A stretch of DNA of 64,000 nt. Source: Octopus vulgaris. Taxonomy: Eukaryota. The notes beneath the pieces were generated by a model that worked only from the letters and a program-made list of their open reading frames with translations, searched no databases and was not told the origin of the DNA. Both the position numbers and the translations under genes were made by a program. This document shows, piece after piece, positions 1 to 13,899 of this stretch. The stretch covers positions 75,826,001-75,890,000 of the forward strand of contig OX597817.1 of NCBI GenBank assembly GCA_951406725.2. Direction: 5' to 3'. Position 1 is the stretch's first letter. Every line of letters begins with the position of its first letter.

Positions 1-400
1 TATGAATATATATATGCATATATTTATGTTTATATATATGTGTATGTATTATATCTTTATGTATTAGTATATAAATGAATACATTTATATGCATATATTA
101 TGAATGTGTCATAGTATGGCATATATATATGTGTGTGTACATATATGTATATGTGTATGTATATATCTATGTATATATGACATATATATATATGCATATA
201 TCTATGCATATATATATATATAATATGTATAATGTATATACATATATATACACACGGATACATATATTCGCTTCTGTGTGTGTGTGGTTGAGTATATAAA
301 TATAATATAATATATATATAATATAATATATATATATATATACATATGTATGTATATATGCACATATATAAGCTCTATGATATTATATGCATGCAGAAAC
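1..400. repeat. Degenerate (TA)n/(TG)n microsatellite block
   Basis: Alternating TA/TG dinucleotides; ORFs here are YI/CV low-complexity translations. Confidence 0.9.
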
Positions 401-1930
401 ACGCATAATTATATAGAAATTGTTCAGAATGGCTTTGGCTTCATGCATAATGAAATATATTTGCTATGTACATACACACATAACCGCACATTATCAAGTA
501 ACCACATGACCACACAATCCACCGGTACCATCTCACACATGTAAGTATAGTGACCAGCACATTTCGTTAGGATTGTAATAGCATACTTTCACTTTCCTTT
601 ATCTAAGTATGTTACGCATTTCGGAAAGGTATGAATGCCACACGTTCACATCAATCATTTACACGTCCGACAAACAATATTCCATGTACCATTTTTTTAA
701 TAACTCATCAAATCACCCCCTCCCCGCCCGCCCACAAAAGCAACTACAGTAGTTATTAAAGCAATCACAGCTGTGACAGACAAATGGGTAAACGATTCAG
801 AAGTCTGCTTCGCAGTTAAGTGGCTCTCGGTTCGATTCTGCTGCACAGTATCTGGTCAGTAAAATTATGTCAACTGAGGCTATTTGAAAACCTTTCGAAC
901 TGTATTGATTTTCGGCTCCTTATCCGTGGCTCGGCCTCGTTCGATAGTTTTTAGTATAGTCCACACTGTTATATGTGTTTTGCCCAGATTTCCCGCCTAA
1001 GGATTACCCGATATTTCCCAAAGGTGCATCATACTGTAATAACCGAAGTGTTAGTATTTCCCCCACCCCTCACACTCCCCAGTCTTGGGAGGACCTGGAA
1101 GTGTCATGTCACACTTCCTACCTTCGACTAAACCATGAAAAAAACAAACACCCACCATACAACATTGACGATAACAACTTCACTGAAAACAACAATAATA
1201 ATAATAATCAATACCTTTTATGGTGATAATAATAGCAGTTCTTATCTTTTTTCTCTCATGCCAGAAAGTAAATATTTAAATATTTATAAAAAATAACCAA
1301 GTACTTGAAGTGAAAATAGGAAATTTTAAAAATCTTACCTGCATTCTTAGGCTATTCCTATTTCTGTAATTTTTGTTGTTGCTGTTGCTCAAGAAAGACG
1401 ATAATAATAATAAATACTTTTTTTTTAAACCTTTTCCCTTGAAGTCACTTTTGTGTTTTATTCCTCGCAAAAAAAAAGTAGTTTTGTTGGAGTTAAGAAG
1501 TTCCAAAATGTTTGCTTGTTTTGTGAAAGCAACAGCGAGAAAAGCTGTTAAGTACCGTCTGTCACAGAACCAAACTCTTCCTTTCCACTAAATCTCTTTT
1601 CGTTATCTATTTATCTATACCTATCTACCGAAACCAATATATCATTCTATTCATCAATGTTACCTACGGGACATTGTGTCTTATTTCAAGCTTTATCTTA
1701 TCATTCTATATTCTTCAATATTATTTATATTATTATTTATTATTTATTTTTCTTTCCTTTTTAGATATTACCGGTCACAGAATCACTGATTTACATTTAT
1801 AAAGGAAAGAAGTACCTAGCGAAGTTGGTAGTGGTTGTGGAGTTGGTGTTTGTTATGGAGGCGGTGGTGGTTGTCTTTGTAACGATATCAGTCACAGGAA
1901 TTTTTGGGATTAAAATCAATACGATGATGT

Positions 1931-1966
<36 letters not shown>

Positions 1967-2817
1967 AGTGTAGTAGTAGTAGTAGTAGTGGTGATGGTGG
2001 TAATGAAAATGGCAACGGCGTTAGTGATGGTGGTGGAGGCGATTGAACGGCGAAACGATTCTTACTATAATAGCGCAAGTCGAAGTTAGAGAAGCAGCAG
2101 CGGCGGCAACTGCAGCGGTAACAGCAGCAACGGCAGCAGCAGCAGCAGCAGTAGAATCTGTGGCAGCAAAAGAGACAGCAGTAGTTCTATGGACTGCATG
2201 ATGGCATTTGTCGACGACGTCCAAAGATGAGTGAAAAAAAAAAAGAAAAAGAAAAGAAAAACACGAATGCAAGAACAACAAACAAAATCAAAAAACGCAA
2301 ACGATCGCTAACAATATTCCAGAAACAAGCGTATATAATATGAAGAGACGAAAACCTGTTATATATGAAAATACCTTTAAATTTATTTATTAGTATATCT
2401 ACATCTGTTTTAGTCGTTGTATTTCACACCTTACATTACTCTTACCTACATATTCCATTTAATTAATAATCAGTTTGAAGCGGTTCAATTTATGCTGTCG
2501 CTGATCTAAAAGAAAACTCAAGTGTCTCTACTTACATCTGGGATATCCCCCGCAAAATAAGAAGACTACATACAAATCAGTGGCGAGCAGATGGGAAATT
2601 TCTTGTTGCTCTGACCGTGTAGGTGTGTGCGTACATGTGTGTGTGTGTGTGTGTATGTCTGTGTGTGTGCCTGTGCGTGTGTGCCTATGAATTTGTATAC
2701 AGAAATATATACATAGACACACATATATGCATACAGCATACATACATATAACATGAACAGGAATATCTTTACTTTCACACACACACACGCACACGCATGT
2801 ATGTATATATAATATAC

Positions 2818-3038
2818 TCTTTTACTCTTTTACTTGTTTCAGTTATTTGACTATGGACATGCTGGAGCACTGCCTTTAATCGAACAAATGGACCCCAGGA
2901 TTTATCCTTTATAAGCCTAGTACTTATTCTATCGGTCTCTTTTGCTGAACCGCTAAGTTACGGGGGATGTAAACACACTAGCGTCGGTTGTCAAGCGATA
3001 TTGGGGTGACAAACACAGACACGCAAACATACACACAC

Positions 3039-3121
<83 letters not shown>

Positions 3122-3273
3122 CGAGGGGCTTCTTTCAGTTTCCGTCTACCAAATCCACTCACAAGGGTTTGGTCAGCCCGAGGTCATAGAAGAAGACACT
3201 TGCCACAGTGGGACTGAACCCGGAACCATGTGGTTCGAAAGCAAGCTACTTACCACACAGCCACTCCTCCGCC
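2818..3273 (-). mobile_element. tRNA-derived SINE family A with internal (TA)n/(TG)n microsatellite
   Basis: Minus strand reads GGAGTGGCTGTGTGGTAAG (box A)...GGTTCAGTCCC (box B), a conserved body and an AAAAGAGT-repeat tail; more than 10 similar copies in the window. Confidence 0.9.
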
Positions 3274-3640
3274 TATGTATATTTATATTATATATATATA
3301 TGTGTATTTATATATGTATATTTATATTATATATGTGCACATACAAACACCCAACACATACATATACATATATACATACATAAATACACACACACATATA
3401 TATATATATGCATGTGTGTGTGTGCATGTATATATGTCTGTGAGTCTATGATTGACTATGTGGTTGTGTATGTATATATGCATATGTATGTATACGTGTG
3501 TGCCTTACTGTTTTGGAAAGGCTCTCAAAATAAGAGTTATTTCAAAGATTTTATATCGAAAGGCATTTTCAGTGGGGAAAGAAGTACTTGGAGTTCTATT
3601 TATCAGATATTAGGTTTTTCAGTTCCGTGGTACACAACAA

Positions 3641-3835
<195 letters not shown>

Positions 3836-4190
3836 CCTTTCTACTATGGGCACAAGGCCTGCAATTTGGCGGGAGAGGACTAGTCGATCACATCGAACCC
3901 AGTGTTTCACTGATACTTAATTTATCGATCCCGAAATGATGGAAGGCAAAGTCAACCTCGGCGGAATTTGAACTCAGAACGTTAAGACGTACGAAATACA
4001 GCACATGGCCTGAAATATGGAAGGAAAAGTGGCTAGTCAATTAAATCGACGCCAGCACTCAACTGTTACTTATTTTATTGACTTTGAAAGGGTGAAAGGC
4101 AAAATCGACCACATTGGGCGTTTGAACTCAAAATGCAAATCCGGAAGAAAAAGCAATTAATCAGGTGTGTTAACGATTCTGCCAGCTCAC
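3836..4190 (-). mobile_element. SINE family B with a duplicated central domain (CCTTCCATCATTTCGGGATCGATAAATTAAGTA)
   Basis: Reverse complement matches the copy at 9183-9590; central motif resembles the Meta/Sauria-type SINE domain from memory. Confidence 0.8.
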
Positions 4191-4713
4191 TAACGAAAAT
4201 CGAATTCGGTGAAATAACTGCTTTCATGATATTATTGTTATATATAAAATTTGTAGAAATAAACATAAATGCTATATAACAGTATATGTATGACAGTACA
4301 CTTTCAAACCACACGGTCGGGTTTCGATTCCCAGAAGATTCTCATAGCACCGGACCGACACAAACTTTGTGAGGGAATCTGGGTAAACAAAACGGAGGAA
4401 ACAGGTCTGTGGATTGCATTTATTTTGGCCAGGATATTTGTGTGCGTGTGTGGGGAAGCTTCATCCGCCACCCGGTTTAACGTCACCACACGGCATTTGG
4501 TACTGACATCATTCACTCTCTCTCTCTCTCACACACACACACAAACCTACACACGCACAGTCTATTCTAACTGGCCCCAGTGCATGTATGTATATATAGA
4601 AGTATACTCACATGCACTTTACACATATAAGTCACTATTTATGCATAGACATACGCGTATATGTGTGAATCCGCGTGTATATATATTTATACGAATATAC
4701 ATACACATATATA

Positions 4714-4759
<46 letters not shown>

Positions 4760-4799
4760 TATACATATACGTATATATATATCTTTCTTTCTTTCTTTC

Positions 4800-5095
4800 T
4801 TCGACCAGGCTATCAGATGTTGCTACACATCGCTGGTCACAATGCACTTAGCATTGTTTTTTAGCCTTCAAATGACACCACCCCGCTGGCTAAACGAGCA
4901 GGCCAAGAGAAGAAAGATTGAGAGAAAGTTGTGGCGAAAGAGTACAGCAGGGATCGCTACCACCCCCTCCGGAGCCTCGTGGAGCTTTAGGTGTTTTCGC
5001 TCAATAAACACTCACAACGCCCGGTCTGGGAATCGAAACCGCGGTCCTACGACCGCGAGTCCGCTGCCCTAACTACTGGGCCATTGCGCCTCCAC
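4800..5095 (-). mobile_element. tRNA(Arg-like)-headed SINE family C, variant 1
   Basis: GTGGAGGCGCAATGGCCCAGTAGTTAGGGCAGCGGACTCGCG…GGTTTCGATTCC head; partial copy at 29588-29780. Confidence 0.85.
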
Positions 5096-5246
5096 ACACA
5101 CACACACAACATACACACACACACACACGCACACACGCACACACACACACACACATACACACACACACATATATGTATATATATATATGTATATATATGT
5201 ATTGTGTGTATAAATGTATATATGCATCTCTGTATACATACATACA

Positions 5247-7343
5247 TTCATGCATATGCCTAAACATTATGTACAAACTGTATATAAGTTGCCTCAACCA
5301 ATTCCTCAAGGACCATTGTGAGTTGAACAACATTGTGACTGATGAAAAGGCTGGTGGAAAGAAGGAGTGTGGGGTTGTGGCGAACAACCTTTGATAAACA
5401 AAGCTGCACTGTCTGAAGTAAGAAAACTTTGTGACAGTATGTCTTGACTATAAGAAGTAATTCGACTCTATCCCTCATTGTTGCTATAGAGAGACTCACA
5501 AAGACATGGTCAAATATTCTTACTCTTACAACTGAGAACAGAATAATTGTTTCCAATAGTATAGGCATTACAAAGGGAATATTCAGGGAGATAGTCGTTC
5601 TGTAGTTCTTTTTCTTTTGTCACTAAATCTATTATCGTTCCTATAGCAGAAAACAAATGATTACATGCTAGGATCTTCAACTGCTAGAAATATCAATGTA
5701 ACTCATAATTTCTTTGTAGACGACCTGAAGATTTATGCTAAAAGTGTTATCAATGCCAAAAAACAACTGGAATTAATAACATTTTCAGTTGATATAAGCA
5801 AGGAATTTAGCCAAAAGAATTGTTCATATTTGGTTATAGAACGAAGAAAATCAGTCATCCAAACCCAAAACCTGTGCGTCAGTAGTTCTCTATCTCCTTT
5901 ATTTCACACAAATAATGTTACAAGTACCTAGGCACAGACGAAAATGTATCATATGAAGGCACTATGAATAAAGATAGAGTGGCTCGAGAATATTACACCA
6001 GGCTTAGGAAAATATGGCAGTCTGAACTCTTCTCTTACGACAAAATATCCCGCAATGAATTTGCAGTAACAGTGTTGATCCCGACATTTGGGATACTTGA
6101 TTAGTCTGTAGAGGAAATTCACTCCATAGATATCAAAATCCGCAAAATCCTGACAACAACTGGGGACTTCCACAGAAACAGTGATGTTGACAGTTTCTAC
6201 CAAAGAAATGAACGTGGTAGTGACCTGAGATCAGTGCAAACAGCCTTTGAAGGCCGTATGGTATCACTCTGGCAGCACCTTCTAAACAACAGTAGCAACA
6301 ATAAATATATAAATGCAGTGCTGAAAAGCGAAATTAGCAACATTGTACGAGTTGGCAGTGAGATCCCCGAGAAGCACTCTCTACCTGATGATCTCTTATA
6401 CAGCTCCAAAACAGCTGGGCTCTCTTACCTTAAAGAAGACCTGGATGGAAAGCACTCAGCATACAATAAAAAAAGACCATGCATGGGTATGTTGCCCGGA
6501 AGCTTGAAGAAGACAGTAGAATTGACACGAAGCGCAGCCTCTCTTGGACACAAGACCATTACATAACATCACACTTTGAGGGCTATGCGTTTACAATCCA
6601 GGAACAGGAGACTACAACAAAGAGTCCGGTGAACAAGAGAGATAGTGAAGCGTTTGTAATCCCAAGGTGCAACCGCATGTGTAGGCTATGTCATGTTCCT
6701 GTGGAAGACATCACGCATGTAATTGGCAGCTGTCCTAAAATGTCGTCACGGTACTACCTCCCTATACTGCACGGTTTTGTCGCTAAAACAATATATAATG
6801 CCATCCGAAAAAACGACTGTCGTGAAATAAACTTAGAAAATTCCTGTTATGGAATAAACACCAACTCAAGGAATAATGGGTGGAATATTCGCATCAAAAC
6901 TTCTGTTAAATGTAAACATAACAGGCCGGATATTGTTGTTTGAGACAGAGGAACAAATGTGTGTACTATCATAGAGGTCATCTGCCCTGCAGATATAGAT
7001 ATCCCTTTGAAAATCAAAGAAAGAGAGGATATCTATAGACAACTGCTTCGAAACCTCCAGACTATGAGTTCATATTCATACCAATAATTATTGGAGCGCT
7101 AGGTTTTGTTAGAAAATGCTTAAAAGAGAATCTGGATAAACTGAGATTTTCAGAAAGGGAAACTGACCGGCTGGTTCGTTCATTATAATCCAATCTGAGA
7201 GTGGAACAGTAAAAATATGCAAGACTTTTCTCATGTTCCAAACGTGAATTTGCCTGAGTTAACTACAGATTCAACCTTGTATTTTTGTTGCAAACTGGCT
7301 CCCTCATCAGTGGAAGATTTATAATAATTAAAAATAGAAGAGA
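5247..7343 (+). mobile_element. 5'-truncated, frameshifted RLE-type non-LTR retrotransposon (R4/Dong-like): RT + CCHC + restriction-like endonuclease
   Basis: CLNIMYKLY…, frameshifted GI-QGDS, THNFFVDDLKIYA (RT), YKYLG, IQEQE, CRLCHVPVEDITHVIGSCP (CCHC), HNRPDIVV…IIEV…FIPIIIGALG (RLE); ends in (CATA)n. Confidence 0.85.
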
Positions 7344-7571
7344 CATACATACATACATACATACATACATACATACATACATACATACATACATACATAC
7401 ATACATACATACATTCATACATACATACATGTATTTGTACCCGTTTATAGACCCACACATTCATATGTATATACTTAATATACGTATGGATATATGTCTA
7501 TGTATGATGTATTACTTTCACCTCTCTTTGTGTAGTATATCTAGTTAGATACACACACATACATTTATGTA

Positions 7572-7628
<57 letters not shown>

Positions 7629-7726
7629 CAGCAAAATTTAGATTCAGATAAATATGGTTCTTAAGTTAGATGCACCAGAATTTTGTATGGTGCTATCCAT
7701 ACAAATCCATGGGGTAATTATTTTGA

Positions 7727-7798
<72 letters not shown>

Positions 7799-8364
7799 TA
7801 CATACATACATACACACACACACAAATACACGCACATACACTCACACGCATATAATATATATATATCCGAAAGGATTGAATTAATATATTCGTTGCGGTA
7901 TTTATTCTGACTCTTAGCACTCTGACTTGTATACCGATAGAAACTACTTGTCTAGTGCTGTGGATTGTCGGTATTGCTGGAATGTATTGTGCTATCCCTG
8001 CTTCAAAGTTGTGAAGTGAACGTCTGCAACTACAATGGCAGACAAGCTGCAACGGCATCGTTCATTCCTTTGGAAATCATCCTCAATTTTGAAAGAAGAT
8101 TGCATGCATGAATAACTTTGAGATTTTTTTTACAAAATCCTTGTCTAAGCTTTTAAGTAGGATAGAAGGTTTTCAAATACAGGAGAACAAGATCTGTGTG
8201 GCTCTAGTCAAACCGGAACATGATATTTAACCGAATCATAAGAAGTAGCAAGTGCTTGAAATTCATGATAAAATTTACGTGACAGGTATTTTTTCTATAG
8301 TACATTGTATAACAGTCAACTTGTTCAGTAGGCTTACATATTAACATTCTTCTGTCCTCGCGAA

Positions 8365-8735
8365 TCAATACGCCAACTCTCTGGCGATAAGAATTAATAA
8401 CGTCCCACTGCCTGATTTGTCTTCAATGCTAGTTTCTTCTTTAAATTTCTCCTGCCATCTGTACGCATTGCTCCTGTCAAAGATGTCATCGCTATAAACA
8501 ATGTGTGAACTTATGGAGATGATGGACGTCCTGCACCCGTCCTGGGTCAAGAACTCAATGAAAGTACGTTGGTTCTGCTTAGATCCCACCATTTACCTGC
8601 AACGAAGAACGGAAAATAGAGTTATTATAGAAGAAAGATTACTCTGTACAATTTGAATGTCAGTCGATAAAGAGAGGTATCAGTCAATTAAGAGAAAGTT
8701 GTACCCATTTTGCCATTACTTTCAATACAACCTTT
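8365..8735 (-). mobile_element. mariner-type transposon 5' remnant (N-terminal HTH and degenerate TIR)
   Basis: ORF 8365-8592 QRTFIEFL…VYSDD…YRWQEKFKEETSIEDKSGSG resembles the mariner HTH; TIR-like CATTACTTTCAATACAACC near 8715-8735. Confidence 0.6.
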
Positions 8736-8844
8736 GTGTGTGAAGTGTGTGTCACCCTTCTGAAAAGATGAATAAGCATGTATTCTACAAAAGGTATTGA
8801 GCAGCTCTTCAGTTTAATCTTCCTATTATTTTTTATACTTTAGT

Positions 8845-9168
8845 TGCTGAAGCATCGCCTCGTCGAACTAATCGATACCAGTATTCTCTTTAAAAGCCTG
8901 GTACTCCTATCGTTCTCTTTTGCTGAAGCGCCAAGTTACGGGGACGTAAACAAACAAACCTTGTCAGGTTGTTGTATGGTACAAACGCAGACTGACACAC
9001 AAACATTAATATTCGACGGGCCCGTTTCAGTTTCCATCTACAAATCTACTCACAGGGATTTAATCATCCCGAAGCTATAGCACAAGATACTTGACCAAGG
9101 TGCCGCGAAGGAAGACTGAACCTCGAACCACGTGGCTGGGAAAAAGCTTCTTACCACACAGTCATGCT
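8845..9168 (-). mobile_element. SINE family A, diverged
   Basis: Similarity to other family A copies (GTTACGGGGACGTAAAC, TTTCAGTTTCC, CTTACCACACAG). Confidence 0.75.
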
Positions 9169-9182
9169 TAGTATAACTGACG

Positions 9183-9590
9183 AGGCAAGGCGGCGAGCTG
9201 GCAGAAACGTTAGCACGCCGGACGAATTGCTTGGCGGTATTTCATCTGCCGTTACGTTCTGAGTTCAAATTCCGCCGAGGCTGACTTTGCCTTTCATCCT
9301 TTCAGGATCGATAAATTAAGTACCAGTTACGCACTGGGGTTGATATAATCGACTTAATCCGTTTGTTTGTCCTTGTTTGTCCTCTCTGTGTTTAACTCCT
9401 TATGGATAGTAAAGAAATAGGTATTTAGTGTGTCTTTGTGTTCTGAGTTCAAATTCTGCCGAGATCGATTTTGCCATTCATCCTTTCGGGGTCGATAAAT
9501 TAAGTGCCAGTTGCGTACTGGGGTCGATCTAATCAACTGCCGCCCACCCCCAAAATTTCGGGCCTTGTGCCTAGAATAGAAAAGTATTAC
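9183..9590 (+). mobile_element. SINE family B
   Basis: GGCGAGCTGGCAGAA head, GAGTTCAAATTCC box B, two copies of CCTTTCATCCTTTC(A/G)GG(A/G)TCGATAAATTAAGT. Confidence 0.85.
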
Positions 9591-10209
9591 TGAGAAGACA
9601 TACAGACACACACACACACATTTCTTAGATATGTACCATGTAGTAGACATCTCGACATTTTTTTTAAATGAAAAATTTTAAATATTTCCCTTTACAAAAT
9701 AGGTGAAGCTACGAAAGGCAAAAAAGAATACTTTATAACAATTCTAATTCCAAAACTATACTGCAAACAGCCAATACCATTTCAAAAAATAACTTCCTGT
9801 ATACGCTTTAGACCAAAAACAAAAACAGAATTGTATTATCTTATCGATACAGAACTAGCATAAGACATCAATGTAGGTTTATAAACCTTCAAAACTCATT
9901 CTAACACTTCCCACGGACACGACATAGTGGAAAAAGGCGCTGATTAATACGATGCATTCTTGTAGAGGTTGGAGTTTAATCCCAGATAAGGCAATGAGTT
10001 GGATCCGTGAAGCACTAAAATGAAGCACTAAATGAATGAGGTGAAGCACTAAAATGAATCACGCACACCGGTAGAAACCAAAACATAGTGAAAGCAACAA
10101 TCAAGATGAAGATACCACTCCGTTTAATACATAATAGTTAAAACTTCTAATTAACTAGGTGTTTCTATTATTTTGTCCAAACCTTGTGTATACATAATGA
10201 ATAAAGGTT

Positions 10210-10448
10210 CTTCCCTAGTCATATAGGCTCTTAGGAAAGATTTCCTGGCTTTCGTGGCGTATATATTTCATCCCCTGGACGGGAGGCCTGTTCAATGGAA
10301 GGTTGCTAATTTTTGCAGCTTGAGTAGAATGGAGGAACGTGAAATGAAGTGTTTTACTCAAGGACAAAACGCATTGCCCGGTCTAGAAATCGAAATCATA
10401 ATCTTATGGTCATGAGTTCAACACTCTAACCTCTATGCCACACGCCTC
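10210..10448 (-). mobile_element. tRNA-headed CORE-like SINE (family D), diverged
   Basis: Minus: tRNA head, then CCTTGAGTAAAACACTTCATTTCACGTTCCTCCATTCTACTCAAGCTG resembling the CORE domain; a similar fragment lies at about 20512-20570 (+). Confidence 0.6.
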
Positions 10449-10519
10449 GACATACGTACATACATACACACATACACACATACATATACATGCACACATG
10501 CATGCATGAATACATATAT

Positions 10520-10925
10520 ACTCTTTTACATGTTTCAGTCATTTGACTGTGGCCATACTGGAGCACCGCCTTTAGTCGAAGAAATCGAAACCAAGATTTG
10601 TTCTTTGTAAGCCTAGTACTTATTCTATCTGTCTTTTTGCTGAACTGCTGAGTTACGGGGACGTAAACACACAAGCATCGGTTGTCAAGTGATGTTGGGG
10701 AACAAACACAGACACACAAACATATACACACACACACACATATATATATATATATGCACATATACGACGAGCTTCTTTCAGTTTCCGTCTACCAAATCTA
10801 CTCACAAGGCTTTAGTCAGCCCGCGGCTATAGTAGAAGACACTTGCTCAAGGTGCCAAGCAGTGGGACTGAATCCAGAACCATGTGGTTGGTAAGCAATT
10901 ACTTACGACACAGCCACTCCTGCGC
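10520..10925 (-). mobile_element. SINE family A
   Basis: Full-length match to the other copies. Confidence 0.9.
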
Positions 10926-11097
10926 ATATATATAAACATAAAGCAAAACGTACAAGTCTACATACATACATACATACATACATACATACATACATACATA
11001 CATACATACATACATACATACATACATACATGCATACATACATACTTACGTACGTACATAGATGGATACATACATACATTCATACATACATATATTC

Positions 11098-11331
11098 GGG
11101 TTACTCGAGGGAGACCTCTTATCTGTCGGGTCCCCTATGTATTCTATCGACCTCTTCAAATAATAGCATGTGTGTTCTAACGCAACGTCCACTTTTAAGT
11201 GGTGAATGTTCTATCTTTGGGTGTTAATACTACCTTTAGTCATTCTCTCTCTCTCTCTGCCTCTCTCTCTGCCTCTCTCTCTATATATATATATATGTAT
11301 ATGTACATATGCATATACATATATACATGCC

Positions 11332-11394
<63 letters not shown>

Positions 11395-11538
11395 ATATTC
11401 ATATATTATATATGAAAAAAACTTTATATGTATATGCTTATATATGAATGTATGTATGTATGTATGTATGTATGTATGTATGTATGTATGTATGTATGTA
11501 TGTATGTATCTATCTATCTATATTTATATACATAAACA

Positions 11539-11572
<34 letters not shown>

Positions 11573-11842
11573 TACATACATACATTATTATATACATGTG
11601 TGTGTGTGTGCCTGTGTTTGTCTGTGTTTTATCAGGTATCTTTAACCGAAATGCTAAGTTATGGAGAGGGAGAGAGAGAGAGAGAGAGAGAGAAAATGAC
11701 AAAGGTAGTATTAACACCCAAAGATAAAATATTTCACTACTTAAAAGTGGACGTTGCGTTAGAACACACAGGCTGTTATTTGAAGATGTTGATAGAATAC
11801 ATAGGGGATTCGACAGATAAGAGGTCTCCCTCGTGTAACTCC
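11098..11842. repeat. Inverted pair of ~150-bp repeats (11098-11245 / 11695-11842)
   Basis: GGTTACTCGAGGGAGACCTCTTATCTGTCG… is mirrored by …CGACAGATAAGAGGTCTCCCTCGTGTAACT. Confidence 0.85.
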
Positions 11843-12759
11843 AATGTATGTGTCTATGTGGTTGTTGTGATGAGACAAAGACACACACAGATACATACAT
11901 CTATATCGATACACACACACAAACACACACATATGTATATATACGAGATGCTCCTTTCAGTTCCCGCTAACAAATCGACTCAGAAGGTATCATTTGGCCT
12001 GGGGCTATAGTAGACCAAGATACCACGCATGTAATTGAGAAGTAAACATAGTACACTTCAAAGCTAAGTGAAACGAAATCACTAAGGAAGTGAACAATAA
12101 CAACACAAGTGATTTTCAATATAATATCTTTAAATGGATCGCTCTCAGACGTAATACTGTGGCTACAGGTGTTTAACAATACACATATAAATATGAGACA
12201 TTGATAATGTTTATATCATTGAGCTACTTCAAACACAAAGTTTTAATTTTGTTGCTTTTGTGAAGCGCTTTTGCATATCAGCAAATATATCTTAGGTCAT
12301 TTATATATACATTTGACTGTGTGTTGCCGATTCGTTTCGATGAGTAGCAAAACCTGCAAAATGTTGATACCTATCATTCACGTTCAGTTTTCGGCGACTT
12401 CATTTCACCTCGTCTTGAAATATACAATGTTTTCAACACTATACGTCTTTAAAGACCGCCCTTAGACAAAATATCGCAACTACAGGCATTTACCAACACA
12501 CATACGTAATTTTTATATATATATATATATAAGTGGCGAGGCATATCTGAAGATACTTAATTATCATTATATTACTCTCCCGAAACCGATTAAAAGGTTT
12601 TTGTTTTTTCAGATCTCCCATAGCAGATGGCACAGGAAATTGCCATATGTGTAGAATATAATGATTTAGAAACTGGTACAAATATTTCAACTGTATCAAC
12701 AAGAAAAACATTCTAATCATTTGGACATTATAAGGAGCCCGCAATTCATTCAACGGGTT

Positions 12760-13560
12760 TAAAACACTACCGAAGATGATCTCGAGAAATCAATGAGGGT
12801 CATCGCTAAAGAACTTCAGGTATCGGACTAGATTATCAGAAATGCACGAGGACATTCAATACAAGTCGTATGTGCTGAGTAAAAGCTAAACCATGTGTGC
12901 AAAGACATAAGTAAAGCGTTTGAGACGTGCCAAATGCTTACTTAAATGGTTAAAAAGAACCCACAAAGATGACATAATTTGGTCTGATGAGAAAATCTTT
13001 GACCAAGACCATAAGTCAAGGAAAGGAAATGACAGATGGTTATGCGAAGATCATTCTCAGGCCCTCAGAGTGATGCATATTAAGTTTCCAGTAACTGTGA
13101 CGGAGTGGTGAGTAATGAAGGTCATATCATTTCACCTCACATTTTTCCACAAACTCTTAGAATTTATGTTGCTCAATATATTCAGGTGCTGGAAACAGTT
13201 GTTTGGCTTTGGCTTGATGAATTACGCAAGTACGCTGCCGAAAACCATACGTGTTTCATCAACCACTCAACACCTTTACACAAAGCCCTACAAACCCGAT
13301 CTCAGACAATATATACGATCACGTAACTTCAGAAACGAAACACCCAAATTGCCAGATTTTGATCGACTATTATATTGGGAGTATTGTTGAAAGGGAGATT
13401 AGTCAGTATCCTCAGAATACCATAGCTTCAATGAAACTATAGTGCTGTATCCGGGTGATGTTCGAAGTGAATAAAGACAATTCGTTGCAAGCATATCAAC
13501 GATTCAAGTCCCGTATTGAAGCAGCTATCGAAGCTGAAAGCAGACTCATAAAAAATACTG
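12760..13560 (+). pseudogene. Tc1/mariner-superfamily (maT/DD37D-like) transposase remnant
   Basis: IIWSDEKIFDQD…NDRWL…HIKFP…VVSNEGH…YIQVLETVV and LPDFDRLLYW (degenerate SPDLNPLDY.W); many frameshifts. Confidence 0.75.
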
Positions 13561-13899
13561 GGGAACATATATTATTGAATAACAACTGACACTTGATTCT
13601 ATATGATTTGAGTATGCTCAATACGAATCTTAAGTCGGTTTGACTCTATCAGGTCCTGATTCTTACCAACAGCCTATGAGCAATTTTCCAGATTTTTCAA
13701 ATTAAGACTAAAAATTAAGTCGTGCTCAAATTTATATCTCAAATTTATATTTCATGAATGAAAGCAGTTCAAACTACTGTAAAATCAATTACATTATAAC
13801 GCTAGAAATGGCTGAAAAAAAAAAATAGATATGAAGGTTTCACTCTGGCAAAAATTTTCTTTTATAAGACTTTCTAGCGTATTTGGTTGTTGATGGAAG

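Noticed and set aside
1097-1118. GGAAGTGT-n6-ACACTTCC inverted ETS-like motif as a promoter
   Set aside because: An 8-bp inverted repeat is expected by chance, and there is no TSS evidence.
7286-7315. CTGATGAG on the minus strand in the LINE 3' UTR as an HHR
   Set aside because: No GAAA (reads GCAAC) and no stem II or stem I pairing.
7916-7959. AGCACT-CTGAC…GAAAC-TACTT-GTC-TAGTGCT HHR-like string
   Set aside because: Core truncated and stem II unconvincing.
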